Origin: Elusimicrobiota bacterium | Lineage (GTDB): Bacteria > Elusimicrobiota > Elusimicrobia > UBA1565 | Length of the DNA: 64,000 bases | Reading direction: 5' to 3' | NCBI GenBank assembly: GCA_043827405.1 | Contig: JBDRPD010000105.1 | Location: forward strand, 32,001 to 96,000 | Shown here: in pieces, positions 55,617 to 64,000 of the stretch | Layout: the number at the start of each line of letters is the position of its first letter | Numbering within the stretch: the stretch's first letter is position 1 | Notes under the pieces: generated by a model | The model's database searches: none | The model's input: only the letters and a program-made list of their open reading frames with translations | What the model was told of the DNA's origin: nothing | Program-made: the position numbers and the translations under genes

Positions 55617-55619
55617 GTT

Positions 55620-56015
55620 ATGGATCTAATGGAGATCAAACAGACAGAAGAGAAGACGTTCAGCATCGAGATCAGAGGCCATAAGGTCATCACCGACATG
55701 CACAAGGAGGACGGCGGCGGCGATATCGGCATGAACCCGCTTGAGCTGATGGTCGGTTCTTTGGGCGGCTGCATCGGCTTGAAACTGCAGCAATACTGCC
55801 GGGCGCATGATCTGCCGTCCGAAGGGATCGTGGTCAATGCGGTGACGACTCTGGCGTCCAAGCCGGTGCGCATCGCCAATATCGCGATCGATATCACTTT
55901 GCCCGAAGGATTCCCCAAGGAGAAGCGTGATGCGGCGCTGCGGGTCGCGCATACCTGTCCCATCCACGCGACGCTGAAAAATCCCCCGGAGCTGGATATC
56001 GAGATCGTCTCTTAG
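55620..56015 (+). CDS. OsmC-family protein
   Basis: GMNPLELMVGSLGGC...TCPIHATL. Confidence 0.85.
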   Translation: MDLMEIKQTEEKTFSIEIRGHKVITDMHKEDGGGDIGMNPLELMVGSLGGCIGLKLQQYCRAHDLPSEGIVVNAVTTLASKPVRIANIAIDITLPEGFPKEKRDAALRVAHTCPIHATLKNPPELDIEIVS

Positions 56016-56566
56016 GCGGGAGGGTTCTTCGCGACCTTCTCGATATTGCAGACTTTGTACAGCTCGTGGAGCATCTCCACGGTGCGCGCCACGCCCACGA
56101 CTTTCCCGTTCTTCATCACGGGGAGGAAGCTGGAGTCCGAGTCCACGATCTTATTCATCATCTTGACGATGTCGTCCTCGTAGTCTACGGTGTCCGTGAT
56201 GGGGCGCATGACATCGGTTACCGAGCGCTTGAAGTTGCCCAGTACCTTGTCGATGATAATGTCCAGCTGGGGTTCATCGTCGCCGCTTAGATAGCCGGGC
56301 AGCATGAGATTGGCGAGGCCTTCCGGGTCCAACCCTCTCAGGATGTCGCGGCGCCGTACCTTGCCCATCAGCTCGTGCTTCTCGTTAAAGACAAGGATCA
56401 CGCGCGGCAGTGATTTTTTACCGTCGATTTCCAGCTGGAATTTCTCCATTTCCGTCAGCGCCTGACAGAGGCTGTAGGTATGCGGGATATGGGGATACTC
56501 GTCCAACGGAATCATCAAATCTTTTGCTTTTTCCAGCTCCATTTCTTTTACCTCTTGTCCGGTCAT
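56012..56566 (-). CDS. CBS-domain protein
   Basis: AKDLMIPLDEYP, VTDVMRP, LPVMKNGKVVG. Confidence 0.8.
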   Translation of the reverse strand: MTGQEVKEMELEKAKDLMIPLDEYPHIPHTYSLCQALTEMEKFQLEIDGKKSLPRVILVFNEKHELMGKVRRRDILRGLDPEGLANLMLPGYLSGDDEPQLDIIIDKVLGNFKRSVTDVMRPITDTVDYEDDIVKMMNKIVDSDSSFLPVMKNGKVVGVARTVEMLHELYKVCNIEKVAKNPPA

Positions 56567-56807
56567 TATGGTAAGAAAATGCGCCCTTCTTGTCTATATA
56601 GCGCAGTTTATTGGGATAGGCCCTTAGGCCTAGATGCGGATGGGCCATAATCCTCATGATTTTATTCATGATCCGGGCCATAATAATGCAAGTAAACTGC
56701 GTCGTTGGATATCGAAAGAAGAAGCAAGGCGAGGACCTGGTCCCGCCTTGTTTTTCTTTGCAGGGGGTATTAAGGAAGGGAAAGCCCTCGTGCGAAGAAA
56801 AGCTTTA

Positions 56808-58148
56808 TTAATTAGTCTTTTTCTTCAAGTCCAGGCTTAGCGCTTCGATTGATTCCATAAACCGCTTCAGCTGCTGGCTGCGGAGCGCGGGACGGTCATA
56901 GGTGTATACGGCCGTGATGATGTAATTGCGGCCGAGGATCGTGAAGTAGTCATGGTGGGCGTCCGACCGGCTGGTTTCACGGCCGGCGATGCCGTTGCAG
57001 ATATCCACTGAACGGCCATTGTGCTTCGCCCGGGTCGTTTTGAAGCCGGCTTTTTTGCATTGGGACCGGGCGTTCGTTTCTCTCCAGCCCTGCGTGTCCT
57101 TTGCGAAGTGAAACATTTGAACGCGGAATCCCTGCCGCGCCCAATGCGCGAACATCTCGCGTCCTGCCATGTATTCGAAATCTTTCAGCTTTTGCGTTAT
57201 CCAGCCGGAATCGCCGATCACGAATGTGCCGCTTTCCTTCTCCTCGTCTTTCGGCTTCGGATGCGCCTTCTCTTCCGCGTCCTTGAGCATCTCGAGCCCG
57301 CTTTGCCGTTCCTCCTTGTCCTCGCGCCCGAGGGGGCGTCTGCTCGGGCGCACGCTGGGCGCCACTTCAATTTTCTCCGCTCCGGGCAGGCTGTTCATGC
57401 CGCGCGCGGAAACGCCGCTGACGATGGCCGGCCAGGCCGCCGAACCCCAGGGGCGTACCGAGCCGGCCGGTGCGGCAAAGCCCGGCATCCAATGCTCTAC
57501 GTAGATCTCGCGCGCGATGGCGCCGGTATGCGACCAGAGGCTTATCCATTCGCCCAGCGCCGGCGCTGCGGTGGTAAGGATGTTCGGATACCGCTGCGCA
57601 AGGATTGCCGAGTTGATTCCGACGGCTGTCAGGCGGTCCACCGGCGTCGCTCCCCGCAGGGGCGTGTTCGGCGCCGCCGTCGCGGCGGCACGGACCGCAA
57701 AGCCCGCCGCAAAGCCATGCGCGATAATATGTACGCGTCCGCCGCGGCCGGATTTTATGAGGATGCGGGAAAACGGCTCCAGGAACTCCCGCTCCTGCGC
57801 CGGGGCCAGCGCGCCGAGGGGCCAGACCACGGTGTCGTGCTCCCGCTGCAGGGCGCGCAGGAACGCTCCGCTGCCTTCCTCGGAGAACCATTTCTCCCAC
57901 AAGCTGCCGGAGGCGGAATCGGCAGGCAGGGCGAAAGGATCCGTGCCGGAATAGTTTGTTGTGAGAACGAACGTGATGACGCGGCTTTCCATGGCCGGGC
58001 CTTCCGCCGCCCAGCGCAGCGCGATGCGGTCCGCCGCGGCCGCGATCTCGTCGACCGGCAGCGGCCGGTCGCGTTCGCTCCGGCGCCAGGTCAGAAAGAT
58101 CGCCGCCGCCAGGATGCCAGCGAGCGAAATGAGCGCAAAACCTTTCAT
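56808..58148 (-). CDS. Hypothetical membrane-anchored protein (degenerate alpha/beta-hydrolase-like middle part)
   Basis: N-terminal TM MKGFALISLAGILAAAIFL; VHIIAHGFAAG; long ORF. Confidence 0.5.
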   Translation of the reverse strand: MKGFALISLAGILAAAIFLTWRRSERDRPLPVDEIAAAADRIALRWAAEGPAMESRVITFVLTTNYSGTDPFALPADSASGSLWEKWFSEEGSGAFLRALQREHDTVVWPLGALAPAQEREFLEPFSRILIKSGRGGRVHIIAHGFAAGFAVRAAATAAPNTPLRGATPVDRLTAVGINSAILAQRYPNILTTAAPALGEWISLWSHTGAIAREIYVEHWMPGFAAPAGSVRPWGSAAWPAIVSGVSARGMNSLPGAEKIEVAPSVRPSRRPLGREDKEERQSGLEMLKDAEEKAHPKPKDEEKESGTFVIGDSGWITQKLKDFEYMAGREMFAHWARQGFRVQMFHFAKDTQGWRETNARSQCKKAGFKTTRAKHNGRSVDICNGIAGRETSRSDAHHDYFTILGRNYIITAVYTYDRPALRSQQLKRFMESIEALSLDLKKKTN

Positions 58149-58449
58149 GGACGCATAATGATAGCAATCTGTCCGCGCATCGCTCGAGTTTTGGTGCGCG
58201 CGACGCGCTGCCGGAAAAAATTTTCTGCGCGTTCTGCGCAAAAATAAATCATCAGGCCGGATTTTAATTGCGCGCATGAAATATCTCGGCAGGTCCGATG
58301 GCGTGCCGCGGTTCCGATTGGTCTATTATTTCTCGTCGAGAAAATGAATATTTCTTCGCCGCGGCGCCGGTTTGGGAAAAACTTTTCAGCAAAATAAATT
58401 CCGCGGAGAATTTTTTTTAAAATATATTTTGTTTTTTTGAAAATAAGTC

Positions 58450-58478
58450 TTTACAAATCGCGCTACACCTGTTATATT
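58450..58478 (+). promoter_or_regulatory. Sigma70 promoter with extended -10 and AT-rich upstream tract
   Basis: TTTACA-17-TATATT with TGn; A/T tracts at 58411-58445. Confidence 0.6.
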
Positions 58479-58598
58479 GTTGACGTTGCTCTTACGTTAC
58501 AAGAAATTTTTCGCGTAACTTTGAGTAGCGAACGAGCGGCGGAGTAAGAAGGACTGAGCTCCAAGACCGCACTGAAAAAAACCAAACGAGGTTACTGA

Positions 58599-58685
58599 AT
58601 GGCTAAGAAAAAGAAGGCGGCCAAGAAACCGGCAAAAAAGAAGGCTGCGAAGAAGAAAAAGGTAGCGAAGAAGAAGAAGAAGTAG
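58599..58685 (+). CDS. 28-aa Lys/Ala-rich histone-H1-like peptide
   Basis: MAKKKKAAKKPAKKKAAKKKKVAKKKKK; GAGG RBS, own promoter and hairpin. Confidence 0.7.
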   Translation: MAKKKKAAKKPAKKKAAKKKKVAKKKKK

Positions 58686-58709
58686 TCTTCCATTCAGCAA
58701 CGTACTCTA

Positions 58710-58737
58710 GGAGAGCCTCCACGCATGGAGGCTCTCC
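58710..58737 (+). terminator. Stem-loop after the Lys-rich peptide
   Basis: GGAGAGCCTCCA-cgca-TGGAGGCTCTCC. Confidence 0.55.
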
Positions 58738-58800
58738 GTGCGTTCGGCCGGTCTAGTCCCCCCCCGTGACCCCGACGAGAGACTTAGGTGTAATGTCAGG

Positions 58801-59910
58801 ATGAAGCTCTCCCCGCCTGATCCGCGCGCCGCGCTCGCTGCGGCAAAGCTCTTGCTCTCTCTGCCGACGGCGCCGTACCATGAGCATCGGGTACGGACGG
58901 AGCTGCGCCGCTTCCTGAGCGCGGCGGGCATCCGTTCGCGAACCGACGCCTACGGCAATCTTATCGCGCGCTACCGGCGCGGCAAAGCGGCGCCGATCGC
59001 TTTCGCCGCGCACATGGATCATCCCGGTTTTGAGATTATTTCCTGCCGCGGGGAATCCGCGGCGGCGCGGTGGAACGGACAAGTCCCGCCGTTCGATATG
59101 CGCGGGTTGGAGTTGGCGCTGTGGTCGGCTGACGGCCGCCGCCGCCGCGGCTGCGCGCGCGTGCTGGACGGAGACGGCCGCCGGCCTCGGGCGCGGGCCG
59201 CGCGGCTTTGCCTGCGCGTCCCGGCGGAAACGCGGGCCGGCGACTTCGGCTATGCGGACGTCACGCCCTTTCGTCTTTCGGGAAACCGCATCGTCGGGAA
59301 GTCGCTGGACAATGGCGGCGGCTGCGCGGCGATCGCCGCGACGCTGGCGCATCTGGCGAGCCGGCGGCTTCCGGGCGACGTGACGGCGCTGTTTACCCGC
59401 GCTGAAGAGGTGGGTTTTTTGGGCGCGGCGGGCGCGATCAGCGGCGCCTCCGTGCCGCCGACGCGTCCGCTCATCGTGCTTGAGTGCAGCCGGGAGATGC
59501 CGGGTGCGGTGCAGGGCGCGGGCCCGGTGATCCGGGTCGGTGATCGGCTGCGGGTCTTTGATCCCGATTTGATTCTCGCTTGCGAGGAGACGGCCCGGGC
59601 GCTGGCCAAGCGCCGGAGTTCTTTCTGTTATCAGCGGCGCCTGATGGACGGCGGCGCCTGCGAGTCCAGCCTGTTCAGCTTAAGCGGCTACCGGACCGCC
59701 TGCTTAGCCTTTCCCCTGCGCAACTACCATAACATCGGCCGCCGCGGCCTCGCGGCGGAATGCATCGACCGCCGGGATTTTATCAACGGTGTCGACTGCC
59801 TCGCGGCGTTCTCGGCTCTGGGCGTGCATCCCGCGCCGGAGCGGCGCCGGACTGCCGCCGCCATTCGCCGACGCATCGGTTCGCCGGACCGGCTCAAGGA
59901 AAGCGCGTAA
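58801..59910 (+). CDS. M20/M28/M42-family metallopeptidase-like protein
   Basis: AHMDHPG, SLDNGGG, RAEEVGFLG, NYHN metal ligands. Confidence 0.75.
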   Translation: MKLSPPDPRAALAAAKLLLSLPTAPYHEHRVRTELRRFLSAAGIRSRTDAYGNLIARYRRGKAAPIAFAAHMDHPGFEIISCRGESAAARWNGQVPPFDMRGLELALWSADGRRRRGCARVLDGDGRRPRARAARLCLRVPAETRAGDFGYADVTPFRLSGNRIVGKSLDNGGGCAAIAATLAHLASRRLPGDVTALFTRAEEVGFLGAAGAISGASVPPTRPLIVLECSREMPGAVQGAGPVIRVGDRLRVFDPDLILACEETARALAKRRSSFCYQRRLMDGGACESSLFSLSGYRTACLAFPLRNYHNIGRRGLAAECIDRRDFINGVDCLAAFSALGVHPAPERRRTAAAIRRRIGSPDRLKESA

Positions 59911-59925
59911 GGAGGACGGCGCAGG

Positions 59926-60321
59926 CTACGGGCTCTGCGCAGTGACGACTTCTTTGCTGCGCGCGTCTTCGATCATCCAGACCCAGCGCGTGCCGTATAT
60001 GTCGGCGCCGGCGGCGCGCTTGCGCAGGGTATAGCGACGGCCCTCCTGGCAGGTGAACGCCAGCTTGAAGGACTTTTCGTTGTTGGTCGCGCCGAACGTG
60101 TAGGTGTGCTTGCCGGGCGCGACCTGGACCTGCTTGATTACGTCGCTGAGGAAGGTCCCTTTCCCCTTCTGTCTCTCGCCGTCCACGACCTCGATCGTGC
60201 GGTTTTCGGTGGCGTCGACGGTGCAGACGCCCTTGCCTGCTTGGCCGCCGCCGAGCAGAGAACCGGACGCGCAGCCGGCTGCCGCGCTCGCGAGGATGAG
60301 GAGAAGGATAACTCTGTCCAT
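59926..60321 (-). CDS. Hypothetical lipoprotein
   Basis: MDRVILLLILASAAAGC lipobox. Confidence 0.6.
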   Translation of the reverse strand: MDRVILLLILASAAAGCASGSLLGGGQAGKGVCTVDATENRTIEVVDGERQKGKGTFLSDVIKQVQVAPGKHTYTFGATNNEKSFKLAFTCQEGRRYTLRKRAAGADIYGTRWVWMIEDARSKEVVTAQSP

Positions 60322-60346
60322 GGTCCGTCCCAAACTAAAGAAAGAA

Positions 60347-60430
60347 TGCGCAGGGGGGGACTCGAACCCCCAAGGGATCACTCCCACACGCACCTCAAAC
60401 GTGCGCGTCTGCCAGTTCCGCCACCTGCGC
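60347..60430 (-). tRNA. tRNA-Leu(GAG)
   Basis: GCGCAGGTGGCGGAACTGGCAGACGCG, anticodon loop TTGAGGT, long variable arm, GGTTCGAGTCC; CCA not encoded. Confidence 0.93.
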
Positions 60431-60441
60431 AGAAAACGAGG

Positions 60442-60804
60442 CTACTTCCCCGGAGCCGGAGCCGGTACATCGGCGCCGCTGTCCGGAGCTTGCTCGGCTT
60501 TCGCCGGCTGAGCCGGCGCCGTCTGCTGGCCGGCCGGCACGGGGATCTTCAGCACCTTTCCCGTCACGCTCTGCAGGCCGGGCCGGCTGGAGATCAGAGT
60601 GAGCATTAGCGATGTTACGGCGAACGTCGTCGCCAAGACCACCGTGGCCTTTTTCAGGGCGCTTGAGCCGCCGGGCGAAGCGAACAGCGTGTCCCCCCCG
60701 CCGCCGAATATCGCGAAGCCGGCTCCTCTGCCGGCCTGAAGCAGTACGAGCAAAATAAGCAGCAGGCAGGCCGCCATATGAATGATCAGCAAAAAGTTAT
60801 GCAT
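60442..60804 (-). CDS. secG: Preprotein translocase subunit SecG
   Basis: LVLLQAGRGAG...FGGGG, two TMs, next to tRNA-Leu. Confidence 0.9.
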   Translation of the reverse strand: MHNFLLIIHMAACLLLILLVLLQAGRGAGFAIFGGGGDTLFASPGGSSALKKATVVLATTFAVTSLMLTLISSRPGLQSVTGKVLKIPVPAGQQTAPAQPAKAEQAPDSGADVPAPAPGK

Positions 60805-60850
60805 AACACAGGAAGTATACTAGTTGCGGGTGGTGCGGGTCAAAAGCGCT

Positions 60851-62047
60851 TTAAGCGGCCTCCGCGAGCGCCTGCAGGCCGGGCAGGACGGCTCCCTCGA
60901 GAAACTTGAGGCTGGCGCCGCCTCCCGTCGAGCAGTGCGTGACTTTCCCCTTCAGCCCGGCGGCGCTCATTACCGCGAGACTGTCCCCGCCGCCGACGAT
61001 TGTGGTGGCGCCGGCTTCCGTCGCTTCCGCCAGCGCCTCGGCGATGGCCAGGCTGCCGGCGGCAAACGGCTTCTTTTCGAACACTCCCATCGGACCGTTC
61101 CAGAAGATGGTTCTCGCTTCAAGTATTTTTTCCGTGAACAGCTCGATCGTTCGGGGACCGATGTCGGCGCCCAGCATCTCGGTGTTGATCGCCATTCCCT
61201 GGCTGGGCTGGGTCTTGGCGTCATCGCTGATCTCCGCCGCCATGAGGTGGTCCGCCGGCATCAGCAGTTCGACATTCTTGGAGAACGCCGCGGCGATGAT
61301 CTCTTCCGCGTCCTTCAGCCGCTCCGTTTCGAGCAGCGATTTGCCGATCGAGATCCCCTGCGTTTGCAGGAAAGTGTAGGACATCGCGCCGCCGATCAGC
61401 AGCGTGTCGACGCGGTCGAGGAGCCGTCGGATCACCTTGAGCTTGTCGGAGACCTTCGCTCCGCCCAGGATGGCCACGAACGGCCGTACCGGGTTGCCGA
61501 TGCTGCGGTCAAGAAACTCAAGTTCTTTCTGGACCAGGAAGCCGATTCCCCCCCCCTTCAGGTGCTTGGGGATGCCGGTCGTTGAGCTGTGGGCGCGATG
61601 CAGGGTGCCGAAGGCATCCTGGATGAAGATGTCCCCGTGCTTCGCGAGCTGAGCGGAGAAGGCGTCGTCGTTGGCCTCCTCGCCCGGATGGAAGCGCAGG
61701 TTCTCCAGCAGCGCGATCTCGCCGGGTTTGAGCGCGGAAATGACGCTGTCCGCCGCCTCGCCCAGGCAGTCTGACGCAAAATGGACCTTCGTGCCGATGA
61801 GCTCGCCGAGCTTTTTAGCGACGGGACGCAGGCTGAATTCCTCGACCGGCTTGCCCTTGGGGCGTCCGAGATGGGACATCAGCACGATCTTCGCCTCGGC
61901 CTGGATCATGTGCTTCAGGGTCGGCAGCGTCTCGGTTATGCGCGTCGTATCGCCGACCTCTCCGTTCTTGAACGGAACGTTGTAGTCGACCCGGACAAGA
62001 ACGCGTTTGCCGCGGATATCGATATCCTGCAGTCGCGTAAGCTTCAT
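60851..62047 (-). CDS. pgk: Phosphoglycerate kinase
   Basis: RVDYNVP, SHLGRP, LENLRF, GGAKVSDK, STGGGASL. Confidence 0.97.
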   Translation of the reverse strand: MKLTRLQDIDIRGKRVLVRVDYNVPFKNGEVGDTTRITETLPTLKHMIQAEAKIVLMSHLGRPKGKPVEEFSLRPVAKKLGELIGTKVHFASDCLGEAADSVISALKPGEIALLENLRFHPGEEANDDAFSAQLAKHGDIFIQDAFGTLHRAHSSTTGIPKHLKGGGIGFLVQKELEFLDRSIGNPVRPFVAILGGAKVSDKLKVIRRLLDRVDTLLIGGAMSYTFLQTQGISIGKSLLETERLKDAEEIIAAAFSKNVELLMPADHLMAAEISDDAKTQPSQGMAINTEMLGADIGPRTIELFTEKILEARTIFWNGPMGVFEKKPFAAGSLAIAEALAEATEAGATTIVGGGDSLAVMSAAGLKGKVTHCSTGGGASLKFLEGAVLPGLQALAEAA

Positions 62048-62081
62048 GGCGTCTCCCTAATAGGTCCTCAGAGTCTCGCGC

Positions 62082-62114
62082 CTGCGCGCGGCCCCGTTCG
62101 GGGGCCGCGCGCAG
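62082..62114 (-). terminator. GC-rich stem-loop between gap and pgk
   Basis: CTGCGCGCGGCCCC-5 nt-GGGGCCGCGCGCAG. Confidence 0.5.
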
Positions 62115-62138
62115 CGTCAGGAATAATAAACGGTCCGG

Positions 62139-63155
62139 TTAGGCGGCGACCTTTAGGCTCTTGGCGATATGCTGGATCAGGTCCAAAACGCGCATCGAGT
62201 AGCCCCATTCGTTATCGTACCAGCTGAAGACCTTGATGAGGTCGTCGGTTACGACCGTCTGCGTGGCATCGAAGATGCTGGACGCCGGGTTGCCGGTGAA
62301 GTCCTTGGAGACGAGCGGCACGTCGCAGTACTCCAGGTACTTCGCCAGCGGGCCGCTGGCGGCGGCTTTCTTGAACAACGCGTTGATCTCATCGGCCGAG
62401 GGCGTCTTCTCGCAGACCACGGTGAGGTCGACCAGCGATACGTCCTGGGTGGGCACGCGCACGGCGCAGCCGCTCAGTTTGCCCTTAAGCTCCGGGACGA
62501 CGAGCCCTATCGCTTTGGCCGCGCCGGTCGAGCTCGGGATCATGCTCACGGCCGCCGCCCGGCCGCGCCGCAGGTCCTTGTGGGGCTGATCCAAGACGAC
62601 TTGGTCGTTGGTGTAGGAATGGATGGTCGTCATCAGGCCCGATTTGATCCGGCAGTTCTCATGCAGGACCTTGACGACGGGGGCCAGACAGTTCGTCGTG
62701 CAGGAGGCGTTCGAGATGATGTGGTGCTTCTCCGGATCGTAGGTGTTCTCGTTGATGCCCATGCAGACGGTCAGCATGTCGCCTTTGCCGGGGGCGGAGA
62801 GGATGACTTTTTTCGCGCCCGCTTTGAGGTGCTTGCCCGCCGACTCGATGTCGCGGAACAGCCCGGTCGATTCGACGACGACATCGACGCCCAGCTCTTT
62901 CCAGGGCAGCTTCGCCGGATCGCGCTCGGCCGTGACCTTGATCGTTTTGCCGTCGATCTTGAGCGCCCCGTCGGCGGCTTCAACCGCGCCGTCATAGATG
63001 CCGAACGTGGAGTCGTACTTGAAGAGATGCGCCAGCGTCTTTGAGTCCACGAGGTCGTTGATCGCGACCAGCTCAATCGCCTCGCACTTGCCCGCTCCGC
63101 GTGCGACGAGACGGCCGATACGGCCAAAACCGTTGATTCCTACCTTCACTGCCAT
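62139..63155 (-). CDS. gap: Glyceraldehyde-3-phosphate dehydrogenase type I
   Basis: GINGFGRIG, SNASCTTNC, WYDNEWGY. Confidence 0.97.
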   Translation of the reverse strand: MAVKVGINGFGRIGRLVARGAGKCEAIELVAINDLVDSKTLAHLFKYDSTFGIYDGAVEAADGALKIDGKTIKVTAERDPAKLPWKELGVDVVVESTGLFRDIESAGKHLKAGAKKVILSAPGKGDMLTVCMGINENTYDPEKHHIISNASCTTNCLAPVVKVLHENCRIKSGLMTTIHSYTNDQVVLDQPHKDLRRGRAAAVSMIPSSTGAAKAIGLVVPELKGKLSGCAVRVPTQDVSLVDLTVVCEKTPSADEINALFKKAAASGPLAKYLEYCDVPLVSKDFTGNPASSIFDATQTVVTDDLIKVFSWYDNEWGYSMRVLDLIQHIAKSLKVAA

Positions 63156-63212
63156 AGATGCTCCTCCTAATGGATGGTGCGAAAACCGCTCAGGTTGATA
63201 CGCCAGGCTATT

Positions 63213-64000
63213 CTAGCGGTTTTGCAGGATGATTTCTACCCGCTGTTGGGTATAGGGCACCCGGAGGCTGTCGATGGAGACATCTTGCGGAAGGATCATA
63301 AGCTCCTTCAGGAGCATCTGTTCGATGGCTTCACACTGGGCTTCGGCCATAGCCTTGGTGCCTGAGTAGCATTCAAGGCGAATCGACATGCCGCCGAACC
63401 GGCGCTTAACGAGGTCCGCGGCGGCGCGCACGAGTCCAATTCCCTGGGGGTCCGCCAGTTCCACCGTGGTCTTGGACATGCCGAAAAGCTCGGCGGAATC
63501 AAGGCTGAGATGCAGCCCGTCGCGCTCCTGATGGACGATGCCTTTGAAGCGGATAGGCTTGCCGGCCCGCGTATAAGGATTCCCGGAGTTGTCGGTGAAC
63601 ATGTAGACGGGAGCGTAGGCGCTCCCGGCCTGCATCCATTCTCCTTGTTCGTTCTGCCCGGACCAGATCAGTTCCTCCGGGAGGTTGCTTGAGTCCTCGT
63701 AGTGCTGGAAGACCTTGCCGTCTTCATCGGTGATCGTCAGGCTCCACTGGTATTTGCGCACCTCCTTCGGCTCCAGCTTGCGTTGGAGGACTTCCTGCAG
63801 TTCTTCCTGCGGACGGAAGATCAGGCCGGGGCGCTCGCTGAAAGTCGTCAGCCAGGGCTGGATGACGCGCTCGTTGGCTATGAACTCCGGATGCGTGCGC
63901 CGCCAGACCACCGCCAGCGGCGATTCCGCCAGCAGCAGCGCCTGGTCCGGTTCGAGCGAGGAGCGAATCGACTCAAAGGGGTCCACTTCGATGTTCAGCG
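63213..64000 (-). CDS. Hypothetical protein, 5' end outside the window
   Basis: Frame stays open to the window edge; no recognised motif. Confidence 0.6.
   Translation of the reverse strand, partial: LNIEVDPFESIRSSLEPDQALLLAESPLAVVWRRTHPEFIANERVIQPWLTTFSERPGLIFRPQEELQEVLQRKLEPKEVRKYQWSLTITDEDGKVFQHYEDSSNLPEELIWSGQNEQGEWMQAGSAYAPVYMFTDNSGNPYTRAGKPIRFKGIVHQERDGLHLSLDSAELFGMSKTTVELADPQGIGLVRAAADLVKRRFGGMSIRLECYSGTKAMAEAQCEAIEQMLLKELMILPQDVSIDSLRVPYTQQRVEIILQNR

Noticed and set aside
60347..60430. tRNA-Leu as the integration site of the sulfur island
   Set aside because: No duplicate of its 3' end and no integrase seen in the window; cannot be excluded beyond the left edge.
1..64000. CRISPR arrays, rRNA, transposases, selenocysteine read-through
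   Set aside because: No regularly spaced repeats, rRNA-like tracts or transposase motifs noticed; the Qmo/Hdr-like ORFs have no in-frame TGA.

Overview
GC-rich bacterial DNA. About 1-56.6 kb is a dissimilatory sulfate/sulfite-reduction supercluster: qmoCAB-dsrABD-dsrN-dsrL-dsrC-dsrT-dsrMKJOP on the + strand, siroheme genes, aprBA on the - strand, and SulP and SLC13 transporters. It also holds three extra cytochrome-b/CCG Fe-S membrane modules, one of them a chimeric tmcDCB-hmcBCDA operon with a 16-heme cytochrome. Each extra module is headed by an HTH regulator carrying a Cys-rich 'two-CW'-like domain. Two of the modules also carry Cys-PAS kinases and CheY-like receivers, and one receiver is fused to the oxidoreductase. 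A tandem Crp/Fnr-type box with the same 9-bp spacer lies upstream of both dsrA and aprB. sat, dsrEFH, tmcA and hmcEF are not in the window. A small accessory block (LysR, TerB x2, GreA-like, pilin, CPA2) interrupts the cluster. The right end is housekeeping (tRNA-Leu, secG, pgk, gap). The pilin type tentatively suggests an Elusimicrobiota-like host (inference). All calls rest on motif recognition by eye; no database searches were run.
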